From: Orbicella franksi
Taxonomy: Eukaryota
NCBI GenBank assembly: GCA_964199315.1
Contig: OZ116699.1
Location: forward strand, 31,620,001-31,684,000
DNA: 64,000 bases
Direction: 5' to 3'
Shown: positions 1 through 13,994 of the stretch, one piece after another
How positions within the stretch are numbered: position 1 is the first letter of the stretch
How the letters are laid out: each line of letters starts with the position of its first letter
The notes under the pieces: generated by a model
Seen by the model: the letters and a program-made list of their open reading frames with translations, nothing else
Told to the model about the DNA's origin: nothing
Databases searched by the model: none
Made by a program: the position numbers and the translations under genes

Positions 1-146
1 GCATTACACATTATACTGTGCATCAACTCTTCAAAATTGCATATATAACAATGGCAAAAGTTAGTCTTGGTCCCTATGATGAATGAAGTGATGTAGTAAG
101 GGTTGCTATTGTTAAGGTACATTTCTGTTCAACATTGATCACATAC

Positions 147-988
147 AGAGTCTAGCAGTTCACTAAAGTGGAAGAACATCCTGGCATCTCTGTCGCAGCA
201 TTTTATGAACCCAAAGCCTTCCTTCAGTGATGCAACAACACCCTGATACAAACAAAGGGCTTTTTTAGATTAGCTTGACAAAATTAATATTGGCCATACA
301 TCAACAGTATTAAGATAACATGTACATGTACAATTGTAGCAACATATGAATTAATGATCAATTTTAATAAATCTCAATTAAAATTTCATGTGGCTGAATA
401 TTATATGCCAAGTTAGTTTGAGCTAATGCACCTAGCAGTTCTCCACTTCTGAAGTACATGACCTTTTGGGGGGCCTATGACTGCTATAACTGCTATAACT
501 AGGGCCCACACTTTGATGGTTGCTCTTTTTTGATATTCATTTATCCTTAGTAGTTTTATTACAAGTGGACAGCTGTATTGTTCACTTCCTAAATGGTGTT
601 CCTCTTTTCAGGTGACAAGTAAGTTTGTTTCTCACTCTTGAAGGGCAAGTATGAAGACTACACGTAGATTTGAAATCTGTAGAGAGGCATTCACCTAAGC
701 ACTCAATGATGTCAACCCATTGAAGTTATTTCTGACTTGTACCCATGTACCCTGTAGTAACCTCATGTGTTATATATTATATGTTATAGGAGACTATTGG
801 ATTACCATTTCTCTTGGCTCCCCGTCATCTGGTTCTGCTACATCAACCAAGCTGATTTGTGTAGCTCTCTTTAGTGAGTCGCGGCGATCTAAATAACAAT
901 GTAACATGAATATTACTGCAACATCACAATACACAGTTCATGAAATGAATAAGCTCAGAGAAACTTTACATCCATACAAGTCATACAA

Positions 989-1023
<35 letters not shown>

Positions 1024-4000
1024 TACAGAGATATACTTGTTGGGCACTGGGCAAACTGACTGCTGTGAGGACAATTTTGCCCACCTAGTTTGACCATCAA
1101 GCGGAAAGGTTTCTTTATAAAGAAGTTCAGTTCAAATACTTTTGCCGGCCTGTGAAAACCAGTTGCCCTCCTACTGAAAACCTTAATGGAACCTAGCTGC
1201 ATATTTTATTGCAACTCTCTAAAAAGGGTTTTCAGTTACAGGACTACATAATTAAATCACATGTATCATGTGTAATATAACTCAAAAAGGCACACATGTG
1301 ATGTAGGCTGCATGGTGTATTCAGCTATGATGAACAGGAAATGACCATTTGTAGTGCACACAATTCTCTCCACATTTTATGACTTACAAACATTGGATGC
1401 AGCAATCACAACCTACCCACTGCAATGTTGAATTCCACTACATCTCCAGCTCTGAGAGAAAAGTCTCCCTGCAAGTCTCGTTCAGAAAAGACAATCTCTT
1501 CCTCAACATCTTCATTATCAGGTGAAGTGAAGACTATTTTTCCATGCAGTGGATCATTTTGCCGTTTTGCAGCTGATTTACTCAAGGGCCGATCCACAGT
1601 TCCCTGATATCTCACACTGCTCACGTCTTCAAACTTCACAGTACCCTCAGGAAGTTTTTCCACATGTACTGCAACTTCTTTACCCTGCTTGGAAAGTGTA
1701 TCAAATTAGTTTGATAGCATCTGATGGTACAAAAAGAGTAGCTACATACTTTAAACCTGAAGCATAATCCATTGACCATACCTAGTGCCTTATTGGGGAT
1801 ACGGGTCAACAAGTCACAAGTATACAGTCACAAAAACATCAAAAAGAACGAACTACATGAAATTTTAATTACAATGTAAAATATGTTAGGACTACTGATA
1901 AAAGAAAAATTTAAACCAGATCACCTACATGTAAGCAAACTATAGTGCAGCAACATAAAACAACTAAATTTATATGTTAAAGTACTGAAACAGCTTGTGA
2001 GTGCTGGTACTACTCAGTCAAAAAAACTTTTATGTGAGGGATAGTCCTAATACTGTAGCTTTTCAACCTTGAACTGTAGGTAGTATTATTTATGGCAAGG
2101 GATAAATTGCATGTACATGTATATGTATATATACAATTACACAATTTCACACAACACAAAACACTGAGCCATACATTTCTTGCTTGTATCCCAAATTCCA
2201 CATCATCTCCTAGCATGAGCTCATTAATATTCCCTCTGAATTCACTGTAGTGGAAGAAGATCTACCAAAACAGAAAAACAACCATACTGTAAGAGTTAAA
2301 GGGGACGCGAAGCTTGGGTTAGGAGCAGATTTCAAACCTTGCAAAAGACGGCAAGACAGTTATTACTGTCAGAGTTTAAATTAATTGAAAGAGAAAGGCT
2401 ACATAAAAAGCTATGCACCAGTCACACACTTGTAAATTAATCTAAAAACTGACAAGAATGAGGAAAGCTGTGACCAAGGAAATATTGATCTATCAAAAAC
2501 ACGTCCAGGGCTTGAAAAAAAAACTTGAATTCCTGCTTGCCCTTTGTATGAGTAGCTCTCAAAGTTTGCTTGCCCTGGGTAAGTCTTAGTTTACTTTTCT
2601 TTCTATTTAGTTGGCAGACAACTTGGGCCCTGGGTCCTTGCCCTTTGGGCAAGTGAATATGAAAAGTTGCTTGCCCAAAGGTAACTCTACCTGTCCCGGA
2701 CAACTAGATGACACTTTTTTGAGCCCTGATACACTATACTGCCAACTTTACAGAACAAATAACAAGAGAAATGCCTCCCTCCATTTCAAGATTGACACTA
2801 AAAGGAATAAAATAAAATGAATCTTACCTCGCTAACTTTGTCTGCTCTCTCAATGAATCCAAATGATTCTTTCATTGATGAAACAACACCCTGTAACAAC
2901 AGATCAAAGATCACATATAGCTTATTATCTTTATTGATGCCCTGCCACTAAAGTTTAAGAGCACAAAATGTACATTGTAAACACTGCATAACAGTCCTTT
3001 GAACAACTGTCACTATCCTTTAAAGCTTGTTAGCCACAAAATCTGAAGTTGGGATGCAAATTGAAATGAGAAACAGTGAGGATAAATCAGTACTGTTAGG
3101 AAAAAAACAAACAAACAAATAATCCTACTTTGAAATGAGAAACAGTGAGGATAAATCAGCACTGTTAGGAAAAATACAAACAAACAAACAAATAACCCTA
3201 CTTTGACACTGACACAACATACCTGGCATTTCTCAGTATCTGCTGCCTCTAAAAGGGTAACTTCACGAGCTCGGATAACTCCAGTTCTTTAAGAACAAAA
3301 CTCAGATCAGCAACACAAAAAGATTATACATGTACATAATATTAGTCTGAGCAAGCAAACTGTATTTCGAACCCTGAGACAAATTAAAGCTATCATACAC
3401 ATCACCATAGTCCCAATTATTAGCAAATCTTAGGAAAATGATTTCCACGAAATAAATGGTTTTCAGTCATTTCACTTTTAAAGTAACTTTACACTGTAAC
3501 CGTTAAAAAATAAATTTCCAGGTGGACAAAAAGGTAACCCCCAATAAGGTAACAGTACAAGTTTATGTTAAGTTCAGTTTATGTTAAGTTATTGGAGCAT
3601 ACCTCTTATCAGTGGCTACATAAAATTCAACTTTGTCTCCCTTGTGGAGAGGTGTGCCAGAATTATTGACATCACTTGCAGAGAATGAGAGATAAAAGTA
3701 CTCCTGGAAAAAATAGAAAATATCACATTAGATCTGTTACAAAAAGAGACCAGGCTGTCTGGCAACCTGGATCAATTAAGTGAATTATTGCATTTATTTG
3801 TAACAGATATTTTAGAAAACTAAAGATCTTTTCTGTGTTGACTTACTCCATTTCTCTGATAGCTGACCCGTCCCATGTCAGGATCAACAAGTCCATTTGA
3901 TGGCTGAATGCAAAACAGATACAAATATATTATTGCACACATGTTATAATGCCTTATTATGAATTATAGAATATAACTGTCTTAAAAATGTTTTTTTTCC

Positions 4001-7000
4001 ATTAGTCAACCTACAGCATTGACATTTTATTTCTAGTCAATCAAGAGTATGATATGATGCAAAAATTCTAACACTCTAAGGAGATCTAAAGATCTCTTCT
4101 ATATATTCAATAACTTTGCATATCCAGGAAAGAGATATTCAACCATTTTCCATTAAATTTTATTAAATAATAAAATAATACAGTTTAATGTAATCTAACC
4201 TCCTTTGAAATACCTTTGGAGCCATTGACAGCATACATTTACTAATTTCTCAAGACATACACATGGTTAAATATGCATGCACTAACTTAAAACTTAAATT
4301 TATTAGTAATGGCTACACGTAATGAATCAAGAATAAGCACTTACAGATTTTGCAGTGTTTTTCAAGAACAATTTGGGCTCAGCATCTATGACTCCATTCA
4401 CTTTGTCTTCACTTCGAATCTGAAAACCAATAGTGAAGAAGACCCAAAGAAGCTCAGCCTACAGACATACATGTACACACATGCATGTACATACACAAAA
4501 AAAATATGTTAATGTGGTTATTCATGGGAAAAATATATTAAATTACCCAGAAAAAGGAATTTTCTGAGGTTGTCTCTTCATAAACAGTGAGGTCTAGCCA
4601 GTTTAATCAGAATCTTCCTGCTGTGTTACACTCTTGCTCTAGGTTTTTCCCTTCATGTTTAGGACTTTACAAAGATAACAATATAATAATTGCTTTCGAC
4701 AATAAGGAGATCGCATACTGATCACATCCCACAAGTTTTCTGTCCTGTAGGTATTTTAAATGATGCCAGACGATTTCAGACGTTGGACGCCATCTTGGAA
4801 TGACTGACTAGCTAACACATCACCTCAATCTCATGTGATAATTCTCAGTGCACATGGTACGGTACAGTACCAACTGCATGCAGGCATCTGAGCAGAGAAA
4901 AGACTGCAGGCTCGGAACTTGTATTCTATGTGCATGCAGTTCACGTTTTAGCGAGTGCTTTGAGATGTTTTTGCTGTTATACCTGGGGTATGCGAAGTTG
5001 TATTGGCAAGCCTTACCTCCTGGCAATCACATTGCTCTAATATGGTCATAAAGTTGTACATGTGACAAGTGTGGGGCGAAGACAAAATCTGAGTTCCAGA
5101 CAGGAGTTGAATCCTCAACTTCCCAGATATGGGTCAGGCATTTTAACTAGCTATTGAGCTAAAGAGAGACTATGTTGAGCTGATCAATATGTTAGCTAGC
5201 TCAAATGTAAAAACCTCAATAGACAAACCTCAAAGGACACAGATCCTGCTTCAAGTCTAACCACACGGCAAGCAATTGGCTTTCCTGTCCGCTGATCTGA
5301 TGTAACCTCAAATTCCATTTCATCTGAAAGACAAGAACACATGACGAAAATAAGGCAATGATTATGAATTAAGGAATTTCACAGACACAAGTTGCTGCTC
5401 TGAATGGCAAGAATATTTCCACAATCAAATTTTTTATAGGTAGGGGATTTGGTTGGAAACCTGCCTGAGCACAATAATTCCCTAAGTTTGTGTTAATCTA
5501 CATTGCATAATTATGATACATGATGAACAGCTGTACATAGCATGTCACAGTTTTCATGTGTTGTTGAAAGAACAGAATAATAGGGCGTGGAAATCTATAT
5601 AAACATGAAAAATCACTGCTGGCCAATCTTGTTAGGAGCTTCGTTTGCACAAAATGTTCTCAAACCTCTGGCACCTTCATGTTGTTTTCACAGGGGTATT
5701 CTTTTCCTCTTTGCTGCCTTGGGAATTTGTCCATGATAAAATTCGCAAATCATAATTTCAAATTGAGGCTTTGTGGAGAAATTAGCAAAAAGAAGTCGGA
5801 TGTCGAGGTAGTTAAGGGTTAAATAAAGAACAGTTTCTCTCTTAAGAACAACGCAGGTGCAATCATATTCTTGCAATGAGTAGATTGTGAATAGAACAAT
5901 TCAGATACATGGATTACCAATACAACTCTCCAATGTCTACTAACACACTCGTGTGTAGATTTCTATCTGGAGTGATATTGACAACAATGAATGTCTGGGA
6001 TTTAACCAATTTAAACAACATCATTTGCTGTAAGCTACATCACACCAGCTGTAAGTATGTAATGTGCTTTAAAGAGCAGATGAGATATCAGCAGGATGAT
6101 CATTTTTCCCTGTGTCTCATATCATTGTCAAAACTGGAGATATTGGAAATAAAAAGTAAACTTCACACCGAAAGATATCGAACCAGAAAACTCCTTGTGT
6201 ATACCTCCAACATTCAGGTCCTCAGGGTCTTCATTGATTTGACTGTAATGGAAGAAGATCCGCAGTGCTCTCTCACAGCACTGGATAAAACCATATGAAT
6301 GCTACAACAAAAAAGATACAGAATGAAAAAATATAGATATATCTCAGATTATCCTAAAGAACATTTAAATAATCAGGGCTATCAAAAAGTGCCATCTGGC
6401 CCTCCTCCATGGACAAGTATATTTTCCTGTAGCTAGGGCATGTAACTTTTCCTTGTCACTTGTCAGACAGGCAAACAGGCAAGCCTGGTGTAGGGTAAGT
6501 TGTTTGCCAATCAAGTCATAAAAAAGGAAAGCAAAAACAAGCATACCATTACCCTGGGAAAAAAAACATTTGGGAGCTAGTTGTCCATAACGAAAGCTGG
6601 AATTTAGATACTTTTTTCAGCCCTGATAATGAAGCAGACACATAACCAAAAAACATTGTTTTGTAAATGCTATTTTACTCTTTTTTTTTTTTGACCAGAA
6701 AACATTTAGACAGAATTCATGACTGCTGGTTATGAAAGAATAATGACCACTTACCAAGAGTTTCTCAACTACACCAGTTTCTCTTGCTCTGAAAGGAAAA
6801 TCAGAACAGCGCCAATACAAGCCAAATATCACCACTCGTCTAGTATTCCAGTATTGCCATAATTCTCAATTTTTATTTACAACACGAGTTGGTTACAATT
6901 TATAGATTAACAAAAATATCTAATGACCTAATCAGTTCTTACCTCAATGACTAAAATGAAAGAACACTTCTTTAATGAACATGTTCATGGAAAGCACGTG

Positions 7001-8744
7001 ACATTTTAAATATTTTTTATGCTTTATTGTTTGTCAACTTCTAGATAATGTCACTAAAATTGTCGCATCATTCAGAACAGATCTACATTACAGAGGATAA
7101 GCAGGACTGTGCATGAAGTGACATTTTGAACTGCATACAAAAACCAAGACAGTATGCCAAGATAAACCCAAATCATAAAGAAAGCCAAACATGATAGTAT
7201 TTTTATTTACATGTAGCACTTCCTTATGAATCTGTTTGGAAGGGAATGGGTGAAAATGACAATAAATCACTGTACATATACTCTCTTATTTTTTACTGTT
7301 TGCATGATAGTGATGAAAAAAACTTACCCAGAATGTCCAGAGAAAGAACTACTATATGAGTAAGTCCTTCCCTTGTTGGTATTGCCAATATAAAAATCAC
7401 GCTCATTAAAGTCGTATGATGGTGTTCTGGTCCGATCCCTGCGTTCAGAACCCTGCAACAAGAAATCCACCCTTCACTGAATTCGATCAACACTACTGCT
7501 ATCATGACAATTACTGTACATACACTGGAATGACACTTTAAATCATATCGTGACCAGCATCATAAATATACCCAAGATGGCAAGTTATACTGTATTCCAT
7601 CAAAGGTTACAGTATACTACATGTAGCTACACTTTGCCATCTAGCTCCAGACAAAGCACTCACCCACTTTGGTGCTTTTCTGTTAGAGGAGAAGGTCACT
7701 CCAAAAAGCTTACTTTTTTTGTCTTCACCTATAACAAGTAAACATTCAGCTTTTCCACGCACCTAAGGTTAGTTTCAGCCTCTGAAGTGCCTGTTATCCT
7801 GAAGAAATTCATCTTGAAAGAAGCGACTTAGGAGACTGCCACTTTGAAACTGTCTTGGTAGCCAGGCCGAGGTTATGTGACGTCATTCCGTCCGACTCAA
7901 AACTGGCAGGAAGGAGAAAATCCTGCCACTGACTTGGCATCCTTCACAAGGTCAGCAAAATCTTTTTTTTTTTTCCACGTGATTATCCACTTCACTATCT
8001 TCAATGCTATCATTTCAGAGTTTGGAGCATGTTTGGCTCAAAATAATATGGCTCAAGAGCAGCCATAACCCAGAGTGGTAGTTAAAAGGCTCTTTGGAAG
8101 CCATTTGGACAAAATCTCACGGGCAGAATGACGTCATGAAAACGTGGCCTCGCTGCTGAGTACTGTTCAAAATGGCCGAAACAATGTTCGAATTTTGGGC
8201 TTCTTTGGAGACGAATTTCATAAGGAAAACCTGCACTGTAGAGGCTGAAACTTCAGTGAGTGGCTAAACTTAGTGCAAGGTTTTTATCAGTGTTGACAAA
8301 AAATATACGGTTTTTGGAGTGACCTTCTCCTTTAAGGCACTGACCCAAATAATTCAAATTAAGTCTCTATTACAATACCTCTGCAGACGATAGGTCTGTG
8401 GTATGAAACCCAGAGCTCTGATTGGTTAATCATATGCATAATACCCACTGAGAAAACACGTAATTTTTATATTACTCTATATTGCAATAATATAAACAAA
8501 ATTTATTTATTTATTTATTTGACTTTATTTATACACGGGTAAAACATCAGGACTTAAAGTAAACACTAAAATTGCATTAATTACATTGTTAAGATACTAA
8601 TCTACTACTAATTAAATCCAATAACAACAAAAATAAAAACAATAACGAAGTGCCTGCTTTCCATGAATGCCGTGTGATTAATTAACTTATTTATTATGAA
8701 AAAGGAAACCTCTGCAGCTGGATTTAAAACTAGCAAGAGTTTGC

Positions 8745-8776
<32 letters not shown>

Positions 8777-8942
8777 CAGCACCGCAGCACTATATATAGC
8801 TGAAACTGTTTTTTAGAAAATCGGTGCGGGGAGTGGAACAGCTAGTTAAATCCTACAGATTTTAATTCACGACAATTTGGACTATAAATACACAAGCATG
8901 CCTAAACAGCAAGATTCTTACCTTCCAAGTTTCAGTTGCCAT
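147..8942 (-). CDS. CSDE1: Cold shock domain-containing protein E1 (UNR) homologue, 3'-partial (continues beyond position 1)
   Basis: 14 GT-AG exons join in frame (1266 nt, 422 aa): 8942-8922, 7452-7328, 6788-6755, 6301-6205, 5323-5229, 4419-4345, 3903-3847, 3703-3603, 3286-3223, 2890-2828, 2261-2175, 1684-1417, 888-806, 242-147. The translation contains [137 protein letters not shown]. These are collinear with CSD1-CSD3 of animal CSDE1/Unr. Confidence 0.95.
991..1022 (+). repeat. (AGAC)8 microsatellite in a CSDE1 intron
   Basis: Perfect agac x8 read directly. Confidence 0.95.
3061..3202 (+). repeat. Tandem duplication, two ~70-bp units, intronic
   Basis: ttgaaatgagaaacagtgaggataaatcag(t/c)actgttaggaaaaa..caaacaaacaaataa(t/c)cctact occurs at 3061-3129 and 3130-3202. 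Confidence 0.9.
5055..5170 (-). mobile_element. Degenerate tRNA-derived repeat (SINE-like head)
   Basis: The minus strand reads tagctcaatagc..ggattcaactcctgtc, resembling decayed A and B boxes. No intact cloverleaf. Confidence 0.4.
7687..8331. mobile_element. Kolobok-type non-autonomous DNA transposon (645 bp) in a CSDE1 intron
   Basis: Perfect 21-bp TIR AGGAGAAGGTCACTCCAAAAA, flanked by TTAG (left) and TTAA (right). RR..YY termini plus a TTAA target are Kolobok hallmarks. Confidence 0.8.
8502..8850 (-). mobile_element. 5'-truncated L2/CR1-type LINE 3' end
   Basis: A frameshifted ORF2 C-terminus ([39 protein letters not shown]) is followed by acacggcattcatggaaagcagg, shared with the copy at 63.5 kb, and an (AAAT)n tail. 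Confidence 0.8.
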
Positions 8943-10449
8943 CTTCAGAATTTGATAATGCAAAGTTTGCCAATGAAAAAAATTTATATAAATCTTTTGA
9001 ACTCCTTTTAAACCAGCTCCTCTAAATAACAAAATCTAACTATACAAAAATGTTTGGGGACATTAATTTGGCCTTGAAAACTCCAATCTCCAATGTTTGC
9101 CTGAAAAATTAAAAAACACCATGATTAAAATAGTACAATAATTGTGACTTGATCAAGAAGTTAAATGCTTAAAGATTTTTCAAACAGATTCAAAAAAGTG
9201 AATGACATTTCAGTGCCACATTACACCATTATCAAGTTAAAAAGTGAAAAATAGAAGGTGTAATAAGAATATATAAAATATGAATAACAATACTAAAAGT
9301 ATCTAACTAAATAAACAAATAAAAAGTTGAATTTGTGTACATATTAAAAGAGAAATTTACGTAACATATAATTTTCAAATGTTCCTCAATGTTTGTATTC
9401 AAGTTGATGCATGTTCCTTTAATGGAACTACTAAATTTTGTCGATTTCTCTGCATCTCTGTAAGAGGTTTAAAACCACTACAGTGTATTTAAAATTTATT
9501 TAAATCACTTCTAGCGGTAATTAGTAGTAAAGGGATGACACGAGTACCCACCAGAAGACAATTAACAAAACACAGCCTTTGCTATATATCAATCTTGGGT
9601 ATGAATATTGAGTTCCAATGAGTTTGAAGAAAGGAAGGCCCCTACAATTAGGTCTGTTGGCAAAGGTGAAGTGTACAAAGGCATCATCTCGTTTTCATTT
9701 GCTTCCGGAGTTTCCTGAGTAAAGAAAATCCAAGAGTTGAGTAAATGATCTCAATATCAGAGATGGGTTTTAAGCTTAATTATATTGACAAATTCGCAGT
9801 CAATAACGATTAACTCGAAGCACGTTGAGTGAATTTTACCTAATAACAGTAACAAGGCAAAAAAAAAAACCCAATCATTTAAAAGAAATGAAAGAAGCAA
9901 ATAACCAAATAATTACAAGCTACAATTGTTAAGACTTTCATACTGCGACGTCTGAACCTTACTTTAAGAATATTTGATGCGAAGAGGTCTTCTACGACGT
10001 CAACACGCCACAAGCAAAGGACACACGTTTCTTCACACTACTGTTTATATAAATGTTCACGATAACTTTTGACTCATTCGTCAACAACATGACTTACCCT
10101 CATCTCAAATTGGTAGTTCTAAGACACTGGGCATGGCCAGAAAATACCAGGCACGCAGCAGATAACTTTTAAAGTAAGCCATTAATTAGTCGTGTCTGTC
10201 CCCCAGAACCGAAAACGCATTTTCAGCAAAATATTTCTAACAATGGTACATTTCTCTTCGCACAGTTGAAGCTAAATCATTTTCTCCATAACCTGTCAAG
10301 TATTAATCACGTCTGGAGACGATAAAGCGACGTTACACTTGTTGAAACAAATCTGTTCGGTAGAAATTTACGTCTACCCAAGAACGTTCATTTCCTTCAA
10401 GCAATGTAATTAGCATTCAAATCTTCTCTCTTCAACGCCCGCATGTCAC

Positions 10450-10600
10450 CTTTTTGAATTTTTCAAGCAACTAAACACATAGACTGGGAAATTATTCATC
10501 GAATAGAGTAGTTTTACAAACCTTCGGAAGGAATATCGCGTAGAAGGCGAGTTATTCCTCCCAGTGTCATGGAACCAAAAAGCAGCCATCTTGGATCTTC
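10450..10600 (-). promoter_or_regulatory. Probable first exon / TSS region of CSDE1 with YY1-type AAGATGGCTGC motif
   Basis: The minus strand has AAGATGGCTGC at 10592-10582 and a donor-like AAAG|gtgaca at 10450/10449. The region is locally CpG-richer and lies upstream of the ATG exon. Confidence 0.55.
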
Positions 10601-10722
10601 TTTCACCATAACACTGATCATGTGACCACTTCAGCCACATGTGCCCCGTCTTATGGGCGGAACCTTCAAAGAGCGATGATTGACGCAGCTGATCTTTGAC
10701 GAACCGACAAGGGGGGCCGGCT

Positions 10723-10866
10723 NNNNNNNNNNNNNNNNNNNNNNNNNNNNNNNNNNNNNNNNNNNNNNNNNNNNNNNNNNNNNNNNNNNNNNNNNNNNNN
10801 NNNNNNNNNNNNNNNNNNNNNNNNNNNNNNNNNNNNNNNNNNNNNNNNNNNNNNNNNNNNNNNNNN
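10723..10866. other. Assembly gap (144 N)
   Basis: Run of n. Confidence 1.
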
Positions 10867-11326
10867 CTAAAGGTTCAACTGGAAAAACTTTCCCATCTAG
10901 TCCAAAAAACGTTTTTTTGAGACAATCCAGTCGACCTGTCTTCTCCGAGCGCCTGATAAAATGTTTGTCGCTCTCATAGTAGCAATTCCTCCCCTTTCTA
11001 AACCTGTTCGTAAATTTGTCTGTTTATATTTTGTGCCAATCAAAATTAACTTGCAATGGAGGGCTTCTGAGCTGAGCTTTCTTCGCACTTTCTTCATAGC
11101 GGGTAATTTTCAATTCTCAATGGCACATGTCACTGGATAAAACAGGTTGGCACCAAATTCTGTTTAAAATTCGTAGGTCAGCATCACCGGTTTAACTGTC
11201 TAGGACGACATCTTCTCAGGGTTTAATCGAGGGTACAAACACAAGAAGAAAAATTAACACACTTGATTGTGAATAGGCGTAATTTATAGTAATAGTTTTT
11301 GTTGATTTTCAAGTAGTTTTTATTAA

Positions 11327-11807
11327 CCCTTTCAATACCAAACTTTCGCCAAAAATACCGTTTTTAACCATTTAGTCAGGTTTTTTAGCTGCCATGACGC
11401 TAAATAAGCCTAGGTTTTGCTAAGAAAGCTTTTTTTTTTTACTAAAAGGAGAGATGTTTCGAGGATTAGGTACAATATTGAGCAAAATTTCAATTCCGGG
11501 CATGCGCATAAGCCAAAATTTGGACTTCTTTTTGCCATTAACAGTTCTCAATTTTGTTTGTTGCCCCTTTCCTTTCCGTTTTTCTCGGCCCTTTTACACT
11601 GGCTACCTTTTGCATTGTATGTTCTTTTTCGATTTGCGACGTCGGAATGTCGTCGATATCTAAACCTGACCATTGTGCGGAAAGGCCTAGCCTAGTACTA
11701 CTATCTGCTTATCCAGAATATCTGATGACATTTAAATTGATGACGTCACAAGTGGTACAAAGAACACGACCATTAATTACGCATATGCGTAGATGGTATT
11801 CAAAGGG
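11327..11807. mobile_element. piggyBac-like MITE (481 bp)
   Basis: TTAA at 11323-11326 and 11808-11811. The TIR CCCTTT(C/G)AATACCA is 14 bp with one mismatch. CCCT termini plus TTAA TSD are piggyBac hallmarks. Confidence 0.85.
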
Positions 11808-12008
11808 TTAATGGTTTTAATTGGTATTTTGATTAATAGTTTTATTAATTTTCAAAAACAAACTTCTGGGGCGGATGTAAGAATTTAGAGAAGGGGGTTC
11901 GAGACAGGGACCGCCAAAGGTGGTCCGAGGGCATCCTCCCGCGGAAAATTTCTCGGAAATAAGATTTCCCGTTTCCGGCATTCTGAGGCATAGTCAGCGC
12001 GTTATAAT

Positions 12009-12312
12009 GGGTAGGTAGGTTAAGCCTGCATACGGGCCAAGTGGCCCACCAGGCCGGAGCTTATGCCGGTTTCTGTAGCATGAAGCGACTAGTAGTATTT
12101 CTACTCCCCCCTAGATGGGATGCTAGTCCATCGCAGGGTTACCCCCAGCAATCGTGTTTTAAGTGAAGGATTTTACTTACTTTACTTACCCATTTATACA
12201 CCTGGGTAGAGAGGGTTAGGGGCACTGTGAGAGTAAAGTGTCTTGCCCAAGAACACAACGCAATGTCCCCGGCCAGGGCTCGAACCCGGACCGCTCGATC
12301 CGGAGACGAGCA
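12009..12312 (-). mobile_element. tRNA-derived SINE (CORE/MIR-like core), 5'-truncated, inserted in a GGGGCGGAT-type MITE (~11867-12383)
   Basis: The minus strand has a B box GGTTCGAGCCC, then gttgtgttcttgggcaagacactttactctcacagtgcc (CORE-like), and an (ACCT)n tail at 12009-12020. The A box is missing. Confidence 0.75.
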
Positions 12313-13017
12313 CTCCAACGACTCATTTTTTTTTTAAATTTAGGGGGTTCGACCAAGCCCCCTCCCTCCCTTGATCCGCTCCAGAATATTACAATAATTA
12401 GTTTTCGAGTTCCCTTACCTGTTTCAAAACGAGTCTTGGCACACAACTTTTCAAAGGGAAATGAGCTTTTCTTGCAAGTTCATTGTCATGCAAATCAAAT
12501 TCTTTTCCATATGAAAGGTTGTGACAGAGATATAAGGCAACTCGGAAGTGACCTCTTTAATTGCAAGTGTAATAGGTTTTACTGTAGGAGAACTGGGCGT
12601 AGCAGGGAAGGTGAAGAGAAAAATCAGCATAATGTTTTCAGGAATCTAAACATGGATTCAGACAAATATCAGACATTCTTTATAAAAACTTCTATAACTT
12701 TAATTTTGGTACAGAAGAGAAGGTAACGAACATCTCCTTCAACAATGATCATTTAATCTTAGCTAATAATTAATGCTTAATTCCCTCAATACTTTACAGA
12801 TTAATAGTCTCAATTACAGACATTTTAGGTCCAGACCCTCGCCCATCCCCAGGGGGGGAGCACAACTCTCCCTTAGAGGCCATCAGAAGACCATAATGTA
12901 CTTACAAGCGTATATGATTGAAGAGGAGACAGTCTATTTGCCATGGCAAATCTAGATTATGGAAGCACTAGCACGCCCACATCATCCAATTAATAAATGT
13001 TTTGAGACTGAATTTAA

Positions 13018-13212
13018 AGGAGCTCAGTAATGGTATTTTGAATATTTTTGGACATGCACAAAATTACATTTAAACTGAAGCAAACCTGAAAATAGTAGTT
13101 TACAAAGTAAGAAAAACACCAAAGAGATAACAATAAACAATCAAAGAACAAGGACAGTTAAGGATGGAGAAGATTAACACAGATTGCAAAGTATGAACTT
13201 GATGTAGCTCCT
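13018..13212. mobile_element. Kolobok-type MITE (195 bp)
   Basis: ttaa|AGGAGCT...AGCTCCT|ttaa. The interior is related to the copies at 41678-41909 and ~50044-50290 (aaggatgg..agattaac..gga(t/c)tgcaaa..gaacttga). Confidence 0.75.
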
Positions 13213-13994
13213 TTAAAATTTTGTGTTAACTGTGGCAACACTTTGTTTTGTTACACTTGTTGACATTAATTTTCATAAACAAACTTAATTAAAGTTCAGA
13301 AAAATAAGGAATTGATATTTTCAATCTCTGCTACTTAGTCATGTCAAACTACCAAAAAACACCGCCATAATTTAGAACATTACTGCCCTAATTGGAATCA
13401 ACTTGAGTGTGATGAAAAGCAGATAAGTTGAAAACCAAAAATGGTTGAAAACCGCAATGTGAGCACCATGGGGCATTCTTCTATAAGTAACCCCAAATAT
13501 ACAAACATTTAGATCTTTTAGTCTCCCAGTTGTATTGCTGTAACAAAAAATATAATTGGCTTTGAGGTACATGTGCAGGCATGTGGGGTGGAAGACAACA
13601 GCAAAATATGGAAGACTTAAAAATGGCTTCAGGAACAATTTTTGTTTTTTGTAGTCATAGCTTAGGCTAATATTGTTAAGAACCATTAGCCAAATGAACG
13701 AAGTAATGAGAGTAATAAGCAGAGAATGGCACCCTGATTCAGATGAATCTTGCTAGGCAGAGAATGTCATCTCCTTAAGGTACGTATTATTGTAGAATAG
13801 AATCTTTGTTAGGCAAAGAATACATCTTAGCCAGGTGAAGTAACACATCTTCGTAGGCAACAAATTGTTTATAGTTAGCCTAATAATTGTCTGGGTTACA
13901 AGCCTAACTGGGGAGAAAAAACCAGGGAAATAAATTGATGGTAATATCTATTTCATAAAGGAAGAGTCTAAACCAAACAATATAATATTTCTTA

